From a bacterium (GTDB lineage: Bacteria > Patescibacteriota > Patescibacteriia > UBA1558 > UBA10009): a stretch of 64,000 bases of DNA. The position numbers and the translations under genes are program-made. How positions within the stretch are numbered: position 1 is the first letter of the stretch; the number at the start of each line of letters is the position of its first letter. Location of the stretch: contig JABHGM010000001.1 of the NCBI GenBank assembly GCA_018672055.1, forward strand, positions 507,494-571,493, written 5' to 3'. Of the stretch, positions 8,355-18,674 are shown piece after piece. The notes beneath the pieces were generated by a model. It made no database searches. It saw only the letters and a list, made by a program, of their open reading frames with translations, and had not been told where the DNA came from.

Positions 8355-10010
8355 ATGAAGGTATTAAAAAGTAAGTTATTCTGGATTATTATTATAGTCT
8401 CAATAATTATAATAGGCATTGTAATAGGCGGTAGTAATAAAAATGAAGATCTAGAGTATAAGACTGCTCAAATTGAAAGAGGCATGCTTATTCAAAGTGT
8501 TTCGGCTACAGGTAAGGTAGAATCATCCTCTGAAACTGATCTAAATTTTAAAATAGCTGGTAAACTAGGTTCAATATTTGTATCTCCAGGTGAACAAGTT
8601 AGCCAAGGTCAGATTTTAGCCAGACTTACTTCACTACAACAACAAAGTGCAGTTACTTCAGCTCAAGCTAAACTTGCTCAAGCTCAAGCTGATTTAGATA
8701 GTGTAATACAAGGCTCTTCTAATGAAGAAGTAGCTATTGTTCAAGCTAAACTTGCTCAAGCTCAAGCTAATTTAAATAGTTATGAAGCTGCTCTTTTAAA
8801 TGCATATGAAATAAAGAATGAAAATATTTTGTCATATAAGGAGCAAGCTTTAGATGAAGCGCAAGAAGCTAGATTTTTAGCTGCTGACTCTTTAGAAGAT
8901 ATTATTGAAATATTAGATGGTGATAAAGAAGTTTATTTAAGGACATATATTACTAGCTATTTTAATGCAGATACTGATTATAATACGGCTCTTGTTTCAT
9001 ATAATTCATTCCTTTTACAAAATTTAAGTTTTGATACTACAAATTCTGTTGAGGATTTAGTAGATTATTTAGATCAAATTTATAATATTCAAAGTAAAGT
9101 AAATACAGCTCTTAATGCTAGCTTTTCTTTACTTAGTAATTTAGATCCTGTGGGAACTATAACTCAGACCGAAATTGATGCTTGGAAAGTTACAATTATA
9201 GCTGATCAATCAAGTGTTTCATCTTCTATTACTGCTTTACAAACAGCTAAGTCAAATCTTTTAATTAAGAGTATTGAATATAATAATAGTATAGAAGAAG
9301 CTCAGTTAAGTATTGAACAATCAGAAACTGCTTTAGCTGTAGCTCAAGCTGAATTAGATAGTACTTTAGCTGAACCTCGTGGTTTTGAGATTGATTTACA
9401 AAACGCTAAAGTTAAAATGGCTCAAGCAGATTTACAAGCAGCTTATGCTGATTTATCTGAATATACTTTAACTTCTCCCTTGGACGGCGTTGTTACTAAA
9501 GTAGAATATCAATTAGGTGAATATATTAGTGCTCAGGAATCAGTTGTATCTATAATTTCTGAAAATAATTTAGAAATTGAAGTTGATGTTCCTGAATCTG
9601 ATATCACTAAAATTAAAGTAGAAGATATTTCAACGATTACTCTTGATGCTTTTAACGAGGATGAAGTATTTACTTCACATATTACTTTTATTGATCCAGC
9701 TGAAACTATAATAAACGATGTTGTATATTATAAGATTAAATTAACCTTTGATGAAAAAGATCCACGTATTAAATCTGGTATGACCGCTAATGTTGATATT
9801 ACTACTGCTTCTAAAGATGATGTTCTATATATACCGCTTAGAGCAGTTATTGAAAAGAATAATATTAAATATATAAGATATATTGAAAATGGAGAAATTA
9901 AAGAGCAAGAAGTAACTACAGGTTTAAGAGGTGATGGTGGTTTAGTAGAAGTATTAACTGGTGTTTCTGAGGGACAAGAAATAATAACATATATTAAAAA
10001 TGGTGAATAA
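8355..10010 (+). CDS. HlyD/MacA-family periplasmic adaptor (membrane fusion protein), unusually long coiled coil
   Basis: N-terminal TM anchor, long Ala/Gln-rich coiled coil, C-terminal beta-barrel (YTLTSPLDGVVTKV ... GMTANVDI); the next gene is a MacB-type ATPase. Confidence 0.8.
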   Translation: MKVLKSKLFWIIIIVSIIIIGIVIGGSNKNEDLEYKTAQIERGMLIQSVSATGKVESSSETDLNFKIAGKLGSIFVSPGEQVSQGQILARLTSLQQQSAVTSAQAKLAQAQADLDSVIQGSSNEEVAIVQAKLAQAQANLNSYEAALLNAYEIKNENILSYKEQALDEAQEARFLAADSLEDIIEILDGDKEVYLRTYITSYFNADTDYNTALVSYNSFLLQNLSFDTTNSVEDLVDYLDQIYNIQSKVNTALNASFSLLSNLDPVGTITQTEIDAWKVTIIADQSSVSSSITALQTAKSNLLIKSIEYNNSIEEAQLSIEQSETALAVAQAELDSTLAEPRGFEIDLQNAKVKMAQADLQAAYADLSEYTLTSPLDGVVTKVEYQLGEYISAQESVVSIISENNLEIEVDVPESDITKIKVEDISTITLDAFNEDEVFTSHITFIDPAETIINDVVYYKIKLTFDEKDPRIKSGMTANVDITTASKDDVLYIPLRAVIEKNNIKYIRYIENGEIKEQEVTTGLRGDGGLVEVLTGVSEGQEIITYIKNGE

Positions 10011-10722
10011 GGAGTTAATACAAATTAACGATTTAAAGCGTGAATTTGCCAATGAAGAGGTAATTACTAAGGTATTGTTTGGAATTAGCTTAGACATCAA
10101 AAAAGGCGAATTTTTAGCTATTATGGGCCCCTCTGGGTCAGGTAAGTCTACTTTAATGCATATTCTTGGCTTTTTAGACAGATTAAGCTCAGGAGACTAT
10201 TTATATAAAGGAGAAGATACTAAAGAGTTTGATGATGATAAATTAGCTGAAATACGTAATAAAGAAGTAGGCTTTGTTTTTCAATCATTTTTCTTATTAA
10301 ATAAAACAACTGTTTTAGAAAATGTTAAATTACCCCTAGTATATAGTGGAGTTAAAGTTGATAGTAAGAAAGCAGAGCGTGCTTTAAAAGCTGTAGGTTT
10401 AGGACATAGAATGTTACATTTTTCTAATCAATTATCTGGTGGCGAAAAACAACGTGTAGCTATTGCTAGAGCTTTAGTTAATGATCCTGAGATAATTTAT
10501 GCTGATGAACCAACTGGTAATCTAGACTCTGCTTCTGGTAATCAGGTTATGAGGATATTGAGTGATTTAAATAAAAAGGGTAAGACAATTATTTTAGTAA
10601 CTCACGAACAAGATACAGCAGATCATGCTGAACGAATAATTAAACTTCGTGATGGTAAATTAATAAGTGATGAAAAAGTTTCAAAGCAAAGAGTAGCAAG
10701 TGATGGTTATTTAAATAAGTAA
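10000..10722 (+). CDS. ABC transporter ATP-binding protein (MacB/LolD type)
   Basis: Walker A GPSGSGKST, signature LSGGEKQRV, Walker B IIYADEPTGNLD, H-loop VTHE. Confidence 0.9.
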   Translation: MVNKELIQINDLKREFANEEVITKVLFGISLDIKKGEFLAIMGPSGSGKSTLMHILGFLDRLSSGDYLYKGEDTKEFDDDKLAEIRNKEVGFVFQSFFLLNKTTVLENVKLPLVYSGVKVDSKKAERALKAVGLGHRMLHFSNQLSGGEKQRVAIARALVNDPEIIYADEPTGNLDSASGNQVMRILSDLNKKGKTIILVTHEQDTADHAERIIKLRDGKLISDEKVSKQRVASDGYLNK

Positions 10723-10725
10723 GTT

Positions 10726-11961
10726 ATGAATTTTAGAAGTATTATAACTTTATCTCTAGTCGGTTTAAAAACCAATAAGTCTAGATCTGCCCTAACTATG
10801 TTAGGGATTATTATTGGTATAGCTGCAGTTATTATTATTATGTCTGTTGGCGCTGGAGCTCAGAGTTTAATTTTAGGGCAAGTAGAAAAAGTAGGTTCAA
10901 ATTTAATTGGCATTTTACCCGGAGCTTCAGAAGAAGATGGTCCGCCTGCTTCTGCTATGGGGGTAATAATAACAACTTTAAAATATGAAGATGCTTTAGC
11001 TATTAAAAGAAATGCACCAGAGGTAATGGCTATTGCTTCATATGCTAGGGGTATTGAAACTGTTTCTTGGCAAAATCAACAATTAGATACTACCTATGTT
11101 GGTACTACAGCTAGTTATTTAATAGTTGAGTCTTCTGAAATTGAGAAAGGCCATTTTTTCTCAGTTAGTGATGAAAAAGGAATTGCTAGAGTTGCTGTGC
11201 TTGGTTCTCAGGTAGCTGTTGATTTATTTGGTGAAACAAATCCAATTGGTCAAAGGATTAAAATTAAAAGAGAAAGTTTTGAGGTAATTGGAGTTATGAA
11301 AGAAAGAGGTACTGTTGCTTTTGAAAATGTTGATGATCAGGTATTTATACCTCTTAATACTTCTCAAAAACTTTTACTTGGTATTCATCATGTAAATATG
11401 ATGAGAGCTAAAGTTTTAAATAGTGATGATTTAGATCCAGCTATACTAGAAATTAAACAGATTTTAAGAGATAGACATAATATTAAAAATGCAGATGAAG
11501 ATGATTTCAGTGTTAGAAATCAAGTTGAAGCACTTGATATGTTAACTACTATTACTGATGCTCTTAAGTTCTTTTTAGCATCTATGGCTGCTATTTCTTT
11601 GCTTGTTGGCGGGATAGGTATTATGAATATAATGTATGTTGTGGTAACTGAACGAACTCAAGAAATAGGTTTAAGAAAGGCAGTTGGAGCTACTTATCAG
11701 AATTTACTTAGTCAATTTTTAGTTGAAGCTATTATTATAACTTTAGTTGGAGGTATTATAGGTATTATAATAGGTTCAATAATTTCTATGTTAGTTGCTT
11801 TTGTCGCAATGTACTTAGGATATTCTTGGAGTTTTATTGTATCTCCTGGCTCAATATTTGTTAGTGTAATTGTAGCTACACTTGTTGGAGTTGTCTTTGG
11901 TTTTTTTCCAGCTAAAAGAGCTGCTAAGCTTGATCCAATAACAGCATTAAGGTATGAATAA
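10726..11961 (+). CDS. ABC transporter permease, FtsX/MacB-like with periplasmic domain
   Basis: TM1, large periplasmic MacB_PCD-like domain, then C-terminal 3 TM with GIGIMNIM..ERT.EIGLRKA.GA motif. Confidence 0.85.
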   Translation: MNFRSIITLSLVGLKTNKSRSALTMLGIIIGIAAVIIIMSVGAGAQSLILGQVEKVGSNLIGILPGASEEDGPPASAMGVIITTLKYEDALAIKRNAPEVMAIASYARGIETVSWQNQQLDTTYVGTTASYLIVESSEIEKGHFFSVSDEKGIARVAVLGSQVAVDLFGETNPIGQRIKIKRESFEVIGVMKERGTVAFENVDDQVFIPLNTSQKLLLGIHHVNMMRAKVLNSDDLDPAILEIKQILRDRHNIKNADEDDFSVRNQVEALDMLTTITDALKFFLASMAAISLLVGGIGIMNIMYVVVTERTQEIGLRKAVGATYQNLLSQFLVEAIIITLVGGIIGIIIGSIISMLVAFVAMYLGYSWSFIVSPGSIFVSVIVATLVGVVFGFFPAKRAAKLDPITALRYE

Positions 11962-13207
11962 CTTTTTAACTACACTTAAAATATCTTTAACTGCTCTTAA
12001 AGCACATAAGTTAAGGAGTTTTTTAACAATACTTGGTATTGTAATTGGTATTACTTCAGTAATACTTGTTTTTAGTGCAGGTGAAGGCTTAAAAGGATTA
12101 CTTCTTTCGCAAATGGAAGCCTGGGGTACTGATTTTGTTGAAGTGGAAATTAAAGCACCTGCTACTTCTAAAACATCATCTGAAAATGCTACTAATATAA
12201 TGATGGGGGTAAATATTACTACACTTGTTTTAGATGATGCTAAAGCTATTTTAGATCATCCTAATGTAGTAGATGCTTATTCTGGAATAATGGGACAGGC
12301 TATAATGACCAGAGAAGATGAATCAGATGTTATACAAATCTGGGGTGCTACTTCTTCATTTTTAAATATTGATTCATCAGAAATTGAATTTGGTAGATTC
12401 TATACTGAAGAAGAAGACAAATCTTTAGCTCGGGTTATAGTTTTAGGTAGTGAAGCTAAGAAAAAGTATTTCGGTAATCAAGAAGCTATTGGCAAAACTG
12501 TTAAAATTGGCAGACATAATTTTAAAGTAATTGGCGTCTTTAAAGAAAAGGGTACTGTAATGTTTATGAATCTTGATGAATGGATATATATGCCAATTAG
12601 GCCACTTCAAAAATTAATAATGGGTATTGATAATATTATGTTTGTTATAGGTAAACTTGAAGATACAGATATTTCTGAAGAGACGGCTCATGAATTAACA
12701 TTACTTATGAGAGATAGGCATGATATATCAGATCCTGATAAAGATGATTTTGCAGTAACTACTATGACTGAAATGATGGGTATCTGGGATACTATACTTG
12801 GTGGTGTTACTTTACTTCTTATGGCTATTGTAGCTGTTTCCCTTATTGTAGGTGGAGTAGGTATTATGAACATTATGTTTGTATCGGTATCTGAGAGAAC
12901 TAACGAGATAGGGCTTAGAAAAGCAGTTGGCGCAAGTCCTGGAAAAATACTCACTCAATTTCTATGGGAGGCCATTGTATTAACATTTAGTGGGGGAGTA
13001 ATAGGTATTATATTTGGTTTACTGATATCATTTTTAACTTCAGTTGGTGCTAAATCTCAAGGTTTTGATTGGCCGTTTGTAGTAAAACCTTTTTCTATTA
13101 TAATAGCTGTAAGTGTATCTGTTATTATTGGAATCATATTTGGGTTAATACCTGCACGTAAAGCAGCTAAGATGGATCCTATTGAAGCGCTAAGACATCA
13201 ACATTAA
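11954..13207 (+). CDS. ABC transporter permease, FtsX/MacB-like (tandem paralog)
   Basis: Same architecture as the previous gene, GVGIMNIM..ERTNEIGLRKAVGA; 8-bp overlap suggests translational coupling. Confidence 0.85.
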   Translation: MNNFLTTLKISLTALKAHKLRSFLTILGIVIGITSVILVFSAGEGLKGLLLSQMEAWGTDFVEVEIKAPATSKTSSENATNIMMGVNITTLVLDDAKAILDHPNVVDAYSGIMGQAIMTREDESDVIQIWGATSSFLNIDSSEIEFGRFYTEEEDKSLARVIVLGSEAKKKYFGNQEAIGKTVKIGRHNFKVIGVFKEKGTVMFMNLDEWIYMPIRPLQKLIMGIDNIMFVIGKLEDTDISEETAHELTLLMRDRHDISDPDKDDFAVTTMTEMMGIWDTILGGVTLLLMAIVAVSLIVGGVGIMNIMFVSVSERTNEIGLRKAVGASPGKILTQFLWEAIVLTFSGGVIGIIFGLLISFLTSVGAKSQGFDWPFVVKPFSIIIAVSVSVIIGIIFGLIPARKAAKMDPIEALRHQH

Positions 13208-13226
13208 TAGTCAGAACATAAAAGAC

Positions 13227-13254
13227 TTGACGTCCTTTTTTTTTATGTTATACT
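13227..13254 (+). promoter_or_regulatory. sigma70-type promoter of hrcA operon
   Basis: -35 TTGACG (13227-13232), 16-nt spacer, -10 TATACT (13249-13254); CIRCE starts 5 nt downstream. Confidence 0.65.
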
Positions 13255-13258
13255 AATT

Positions 13259-13285
13259 TTAGCACTCGTAGTATGAGAGTGCTAA
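13259..13285 (+). promoter_or_regulatory. CIRCE operator (HrcA binding site)
   Basis: Perfect consensus TTAGCACTC-N9-GAGTGCTAA immediately upstream of hrcA. Confidence 0.9.
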
Positions 13286-13299
13286 TAATATATATAAAT

Positions 13300-13977
13300 A
13301 TGGATAGCAGAAAAAGTGCTTTACTTAGCCAAATAATTAAGCAGCATATTAAAACAGCTCAACCTATTGGTTCTAAGTTAGTATTAGAAAAAAGTAAAAT
13401 TGACGTATCACCAGCTACTGTTCGTAATGATATGGCTACTCTTGAAAAAGATGGTTATATTGCTCAACCATATACTTCTGCAGGACGTATACCTACTGAA
13501 AAGGGTTATAAATATTATTTAGATAATTTTTTAAAGTTTCCTTCTTTAAATAACAAAGAGATTAAAATATTGGTTGATACTTTAAAAAAATATGATGAAG
13601 AATCTTTAGAGCTTACAGCAAAAGCTATGGGAAGAAGACTTGCCGATTTATCACGTTGTACTATTTTAATAGGTTTTGATCCTGATCATGTCTATTATAC
13701 TGGAGTCGCTAATTTACTTCGTAAACCAGAATTTATTAATCCTGAACGTATGTATGATTTAGGTTTAGTAATAGATCATTTAGATAAAGTAATGAATCAA
13801 ATATTTGATGAGATAGATGATACTGTAATAAAAATTGGAGAGAATAATCCATTTGATGGAAAGTGTAGCGTTATTTTAACGCCGTTTACTAAAGGTATCT
13901 TTGGAATACTGGGACCTATGAGAATGGATTATGAACATAATTTAAGTTTAATTAATTTTATTAAACAAAATGTCTAA
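13300..13977 (+). CDS. hrcA: heat-inducible transcription repressor HrcA
   Basis: MDSRKSALLSQIIKQHIKTAQPIGSKL.. winged-helix N-terminus. Start moved from the track's 13273 (which lies inside CIRCE) to the in-frame ATG at 13300. Confidence 0.8.
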   Translation: MDSRKSALLSQIIKQHIKTAQPIGSKLVLEKSKIDVSPATVRNDMATLEKDGYIAQPYTSAGRIPTEKGYKYYLDNFLKFPSLNNKEIKILVDTLKKYDEESLELTAKAMGRRLADLSRCTILIGFDPDHVYYTGVANLLRKPEFINPERMYDLGLVIDHLDKVMNQIFDEIDDTVIKIGENNPFDGKCSVILTPFTKGIFGILGPMRMDYEHNLSLINFIKQNV

Positions 13978-14428
13978 AGAAATTAAAAAGTTAGAAGCAA
14001 AATGTGATGAATATTTAAATGGTTGGCAAAGAGCTCAAGCAGATTATAATAATTTAAAAAAAGAATCAGATAAAAGATTGTCCGAAGTTAAAGAGTATGT
14101 TCAAGCTGATATGATCCTAAATTTTATATCAATCTATGATCATTTTAAATTAGCTTTAGAACACATTCCAGATGATAAGAAGAAAGATGATGCTTTAAGT
14201 GGTTTATTACATATTAAAAATGATTTTAAAGAGCTTTTAAAAAAGTTTAATATTAAAGAAATAGAAACACTGGGTAAAGAATTTAATCCAGAAATGCATG
14301 AAGCTATTTCTCAAGAAAAAAGTGATGAAAAAGAAAATATAATAATTAAAGAATTAAAATCTGGCTATACTATGAATGAAAAGGTTTTGAAACCGGCTCA
14401 AGTAGTAGTAAGTCAGGCTAAGGAATAA
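13970..14428 (+). CDS. grpE: nucleotide exchange factor GrpE (short form)
   Basis: Coiled-coil N-terminus (WQRAQADYNNLKKESDKR) and GrpE C-terminal region; gene order hrcA-grpE. Confidence 0.75.
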   Translation: MSKEIKKLEAKCDEYLNGWQRAQADYNNLKKESDKRLSEVKEYVQADMILNFISIYDHFKLALEHIPDDKKKDDALSGLLHIKNDFKELLKKFNIKEIETLGKEFNPEMHEAISQEKSDEKENIIIKELKSGYTMNEKVLKPAQVVVSQAKE

Positions 14429-14432
14429 ATAT

Positions 14433-14849
14433 ATGGCTATAGTAAAATGGACACCATTTTTAGAACCTTTTGAAGATGCAGATTTTCCAAGTTTAACACC
14501 TGTATCAGGTTTTATACCATCACTGGATATTTATCAGAATAAAAGTAATGTAATTGTTGAAGCACCACTTACAGGTGTTGATCCTAGTAAAGTAAAAATA
14601 ACTGTGGCCAATGATGTTTTAACCATTGAAGGTCATAGTCATAAACAAAGTGAAGTTGATGAAAAGAACTATTATCGTAAAGAAGTAAGATATGGTTCAT
14701 TCCATAGATCAATTTCTCTACCTTTGGCTGTTAATGGTGATAAAGCTAAAGCTGAATATGAAGAAGGTATTTTAAAAATAACTATACCTAAAATAGCTGA
14801 ATTAAAACCAAAATCAGTTAAAATAGAAGTTAAAAAGAAAAAGAAATAA
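14433..14849 (+). CDS. Hsp20/alpha-crystallin family small heat shock protein
   Basis: ACD signatures: DIYQNKSNVIVEAPLTGVDPSKVKITV..LTIEG, SFHRSISLP, GILKITIPK. Confidence 0.85.
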   Translation: MAIVKWTPFLEPFEDADFPSLTPVSGFIPSLDIYQNKSNVIVEAPLTGVDPSKVKITVANDVLTIEGHSHKQSEVDEKNYYRKEVRYGSFHRSISLPLAVNGDKAKAEYEEGILKITIPKIAELKPKSVKIEVKKKKK

Positions 14850-14850
14850 T

Positions 14851-15174
14851 ATGGATCAAAAAGGACAATTTAGTCTAAAATTAGTTCAAAAATGTCCAGT
14901 TTGTAGTAATGATTATACAACTGGTAAGATTCAAATTTTAGAAGAAGAAGGTAATTCATTTTTAGCCTATCTAACTTGTAGTTTTTGTTCATCCAGTATT
15001 TTAATCAGAGTAATGTCTATGCCACATGGTTTAGTTGGTAACGCCATACTTACTGATTTAGCTGCTGATGAAGTAATGTTTTTTAGCGAAGAAAATACTG
15101 TTTCCTCAAATGATGTTTTAGAAATTCATGATTACTTTTCTAAACAAGGGGATTTTATTGAAAAATTTAAATAA
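14851..15174 (+). CDS. hypothetical Cys4 zinc-ribbon protein
   Basis: CPVCSN ... CSFCSS pair of CxxC; 2-nt gap after hsp20, so probably in the same transcript. Confidence 0.45.
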   Translation: MDQKGQFSLKLVQKCPVCSNDYTTGKIQILEEEGNSFLAYLTCSFCSSSILIRVMSMPHGLVGNAILTDLAADEVMFFSEENTVSSNDVLEIHDYFSKQGDFIEKFK

Positions 15175-15177
15175 AAA

Positions 15178-15199
15178 AAGGGAACACGTTGGTTCCCTT
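15178..15199. terminator. hairpin terminator between convergent genes (A-run upstream, mainly serves minus strand)
   Basis: AAGGGAAC-acgttg-GTTCCCTT, preceded by AAAAAAA on the plus strand (T-run on the minus strand). Confidence 0.6.
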
Positions 15200-15211
15200 A
15201 AAGATTGTTGA

Positions 15212-15478
15212 TTAAGCCTTTGAAAAAGTTAATACTTTGCTTTTCCCTTCTTGCGACGAGTCCATAAATATTGTTATACCGTAATTGTGTAAATCAAAGT
15301 TCGTGAATCCTTCTTCTCTTTCAAGAGATACACCCTTAAGCTGTCGTGAGTTAATCAATACTTCGAAGAAGTTAGAAGCAGATTTAGGATCTCCTGATAA
15401 GCTACAATCGAATTTTATTGTAAAGATTTTATAATAACCTACCCATTGGTTATCAATTAATGTGAAAGTAACGTTCAT
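15212..15478 (-). CDS. hypothetical protein (orphan, antisense orientation inside heat-shock locus)
   Basis: 88-aa ORF from the track; only minus-strand gene in a 12-kb plus-strand block; no recognisable motif. Confidence 0.35.
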   Translation of the reverse strand: MNVTFTLIDNQWVGYYKIFTIKFDCSLSGDPKSASNFFEVLINSRQLKGVSLEREEGFTNFDLHNYGITIFMDSSQEGKSKVLTFSKA

Positions 15479-15548
15479 AATTCCCCCTATACCCTTTAAT
15501 TAATTAACAATAACTTAACAAATAATTAATAATTAGTCAATAAAACAT

Positions 15549-17501
15549 ATGTCAAAAATACTCGGAATCGATTTAGGTACTACAAATAGTGCCATGGCCG
15601 TTATGGAAGGCGGTCAACCAAAAATATTAGAAAATAAAGAAGGTAATAGAACCACTCCTTCCATGGTTGCTATTTCTAAAACTGGAGAGAGACTTGTTGG
15701 ACAACTTGCTAAGAGACAAGCTGTTACTAATCCAGAAAATACATTATTTTCTATCAAACGTTTAATTGGTAGACACTATAATTCTAAAGAAGTGCAAAAA
15801 GATATTAAAACAATGCCATATAAGATAGTACAAGCTGGCGAGGGCGTTAAGATTAAAATGGGTGATAAAGAACATACTCCTCAAGAAGTATCAGCTATGA
15901 TCTTACAAAAGTTAAAAGCTGACGCAGAAGAAAAGCTTGGTGAAAAGATAGAAGAAGCTATTATTACTGTACCTGCATATTTTGATGATTCACAAAGACA
16001 AGCCACTAAAGATGCTGGTGAAATTGCTGGTTTTAAAGTAAAACGTATTATTAATGAACCAACTGCTGCGGCTCTTGCTTATGGTTTTGATAAGAAAAAA
16101 GATCAACAAATCGCAGTTTATGACTTAGGTGGTGGTACTTTTGATATTTCAATACTTGATATATCAGCAGATACTGTTGAAGTTAAATCAACTAATGGGG
16201 ATACTCATTTAGGTGGTGATGACTTTGATTTAATCATAATTAATTGGATAATTGATGAATTTAAGAAAGATCAAGGTATTGATCTTTCAAATGATGCTAT
16301 GGCCCTACAAAGAGTTAAAGAAGCAGCTGAAAAAGCTAAAATTGAATTATCTACTTCAACTGAAACTGAAATTAACCAACCTTTTGTTACTACTGATGAT
16401 GCTGGTCCTAAACATTTAGTCATGAAGATAACTAGAGCAAAGTTAGAAGAATTAGTAGGTGATTTAGTTGCTAAGAGTTTTGAAGCAGTTGATAAAGCAA
16501 TAGCTGATAGTGGATTTAAAAAAGAAGAAATTCATGAAGTTATTATGGTTGGTGGTATGACTAGAATGCCTTTTGTTCAAAAGAAAGTAGAAGAATACTT
16601 TGGTAAGAAGCCTAATGTAACCGTTAATCCTGATGAAGTAGTAGCCTCTGGGGCTGCTGTTCAAGCTGGTGTTTTGCAAGGTGATGTTAAAGATGTATTA
16701 CTTTTAGATGTAACTCCATTAACTCTAGGTATTGAAACCTTAGGTGGTGTTAGTACTCCTTTAATTGAGAAAAATACTACTATACCTACATCCAAAGCGC
16801 AGATATTTTCAACTGCTGCTGATAACCAAACATCTGTTGATGTTCATGTATTACAAGGTGAAAGAGAAATGTCAGAAGGTAATAAAACACTTGGTAGATT
16901 TATATTATCCGGTATTCCACCATCTCCAAGAGGCGTACCTCAAGTTGAAGTAACCTTTGATATTGATGCTAATGGTATTTTAAATGTTAAAGCTCAAGAT
17001 AAAGCAACAGGTACTGAACAATCTATTACAATTACTGCATCTTCAGGACTTTCTAAAGAAGAAGTTGAAAAAATGAAGAAAGAAGCAGAGATACATGCTG
17101 ATGATGATAAGAAGAAGAAGGAATTAATAGATGTTAAAAATAATGCTGATTCTGTAGTATATCAAACAGAAAAGTTATTAAATGAAAGTGGTGACAAAGT
17201 ATCAGAAGATGTAAAGAAAGAAGTCACTGAGAAGATGGATGAGCTTAAGAAAGTAAAAGATGGTGATGATGTTGAAGCTATAAAAAAAGCTTTAGAAGAA
17301 GCAAATAAGACTATTCAAAAGATTGGTGAAGCTATGTATAAGGAACAAGCTCAAACACCTCCAGAAGGTGCTGAGGGTGGCGAAAAACCTAAAGAAGAAA
17401 CTCCAGTTGAAGGTGAATATGAAGATGTTAAAGAAGAAACCAAGGAAGACGTTAAAGAAGAAGTTAAGGAAGAAGAACCAAAACAAGAAGAAGCTAAATA
17501 A
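15549..17501 (+). CDS. dnaK: molecular chaperone DnaK (Hsp70)
   Basis: [30 protein letters not shown] motifs; KE-rich acidic C-terminal tail. Confidence 0.97.
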   Translation: MSKILGIDLGTTNSAMAVMEGGQPKILENKEGNRTTPSMVAISKTGERLVGQLAKRQAVTNPENTLFSIKRLIGRHYNSKEVQKDIKTMPYKIVQAGEGVKIKMGDKEHTPQEVSAMILQKLKADAEEKLGEKIEEAIITVPAYFDDSQRQATKDAGEIAGFKVKRIINEPTAAALAYGFDKKKDQQIAVYDLGGGTFDISILDISADTVEVKSTNGDTHLGGDDFDLIIINWIIDEFKKDQGIDLSNDAMALQRVKEAAEKAKIELSTSTETEINQPFVTTDDAGPKHLVMKITRAKLEELVGDLVAKSFEAVDKAIADSGFKKEEIHEVIMVGGMTRMPFVQKKVEEYFGKKPNVTVNPDEVVASGAAVQAGVLQGDVKDVLLLDVTPLTLGIETLGGVSTPLIEKNTTIPTSKAQIFSTAADNQTSVDVHVLQGEREMSEGNKTLGRFILSGIPPSPRGVPQVEVTFDIDANGILNVKAQDKATGTEQSITITASSGLSKEEVEKMKKEAEIHADDDKKKKELIDVKNNADSVVYQTEKLLNESGDKVSEDVKKEVTEKMDELKKVKDGDDVEAIKKALEEANKTIQKIGEAMYKEQAQTPPEGAEGGEKPKEETPVEGEYEDVKEETKEDVKEEVKEEEPKQEEAK

Positions 17502-17515
17502 TTAAAATAAAATTT

Positions 17516-17938
17516 ATGAAAATCTATATTGGCTCAGACCATGCAGGTTATGAGTTAAAGCATTATTTAATGGATAATTTTAAAGATGTTGAATTTAAAG
17601 ATGTTGGTTATCTTGAATTAAATAAAGATGATGATTATCCTTCTGTTGCTCATGATTTAAGTAATAAAGTTCTAACTGAAAATGGAATTGGTGTTTTAAT
17701 TTGTGGTACTGGACTTGGTATGTGTATGGCAGCAAATAGACATAAAGGTATAAGAGGTGCTAATTGTTTAACCTCTGAAATGGCTACTATGGCTAGAAAG
17801 CATAATAATGCAAATATCCTATGTTTAAGTGCAAGACTTCTAAAGCAAGAAGATACATTAGAAATATTAAAAACTTTCTTAAATACTGAATTTGAAGGTG
17901 GTAGACATGAGAGAAGAGTTGAATTACTAGATAAGTAA
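17516..17938 (+). CDS. rpiB: ribose-5-phosphate isomerase B
   Basis: MKIYIGSDHAGYELK, LICGTGLGMCMAANR (RpiB/LacAB family). Confidence 0.85.
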   Translation: MKIYIGSDHAGYELKHYLMDNFKDVEFKDVGYLELNKDDDYPSVAHDLSNKVLTENGIGVLICGTGLGMCMAANRHKGIRGANCLTSEMATMARKHNNANILCLSARLLKQEDTLEILKTFLNTEFEGGRHERRVELLDK

Positions 17939-17939
17939 T

Positions 17940-18674
17940 ATGGATTTTAATCAAATTAAACAAATAGTTAAAGATAAATATCAAGATATAGCAAAAGGTG
18001 GTTCCAGTTGTCATGGTGATTGTAAGAGTAAAAAGATATCAGAAAGTATTGGCTATACTAAAGAAGAGTTAGAAAATGTAGGTAGCGCTAATATGGGGCT
18101 CGGTTGTGGTAATCCAGTAGCAATTAGTAATATTTTAGAAGGTGACGTAGTAATTGATTTAGGTAGTGGAGGTGGTATTGATTGCATTTTAGCTGCTAAA
18201 AAAGTTGGTCCTTCTGGTAAAGTAATAGGTATTGATTTTACTCAAGAAATGATTGATATTGCTACAAATAATGTAGAAAAGACTAATTATACTAATATTG
18301 AGTTTAAACGTGCTGATATAGAGAATTTGCCTCTAGAAGATGAATCAGTTGATAAGATAATAAGTAATTGTGTAATTAACTTAGCCTCAGATAAGAAGGC
18401 TGTATTTAATGAAGCTAAACGTGTCTTAAAGTTAGGTGGGAAAATGTATGTTTCAGATATAGTACTTCTTGAAGAACTAAGTAAAGAACAAAAAGTAGAT
18501 AAAGAATTAATCTCAGGTTGTGTAGCAGGTGCTATGCTTAAAGAAGATTATATTAATTTAATTAAAGAGTCAGGTTTTGAAGTAAATGTATTAAGTGAGA
18601 ATAAAGAAATAAGTAAAGAACAATATAATGGAATTAATTTAAGTAGCGTTGCTTTAGAAGTAATAAAGAATTAA
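17940..18674 (+). CDS. SAM-dependent methyltransferase, ArsM-like
   Basis: LGCGNP ... VIDLGSGGGIDCILAAKKVGPSGKVIGIDFTQEMI closely mirrors arsenite-methyltransferase (Methyltransf_31) motifs. Confidence 0.7.
   Translation: MDFNQIKQIVKDKYQDIAKGGSSCHGDCKSKKISESIGYTKEELENVGSANMGLGCGNPVAISNILEGDVVIDLGSGGGIDCILAAKKVGPSGKVIGIDFTQEMIDIATNNVEKTNYTNIEFKRADIENLPLEDESVDKIISNCVINLASDKKAVFNEAKRVLKLGGKMYVSDIVLLEELSKEQKVDKELISGCVAGAMLKEDYINLIKESGFEVNVLSENKEISKEQYNGINLSSVALEVIKN

Noticed and set aside
13218-13240. Hairpin AAAAGAC-ttgac-GTCCTTTT + T9 as terminator of the ABC operon
   Set aside because: Stem is imperfect (one A.C mismatch, 3 G/C pairs) and overlaps the hrcA -35; may act as a weak terminator, but not confident enough to list as a feature
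13273-13299. Upstream in-frame ATG start for hrcA given by the ORF track
   Set aside because: This ATG is inside the CIRCE palindrome (gtATGAgagtgctaa); the next in-frame ATG (13300, MDSRKS...) gives a canonical HrcA N-terminus
17340-17501. KE-rich repeats at the DnaK C-terminus ([19 protein letters not shown]) as a distinct feature
   Set aside because: Low-complexity acidic tail in-frame within dnaK; common in Hsp70s of AT-rich genomes; not a separate element
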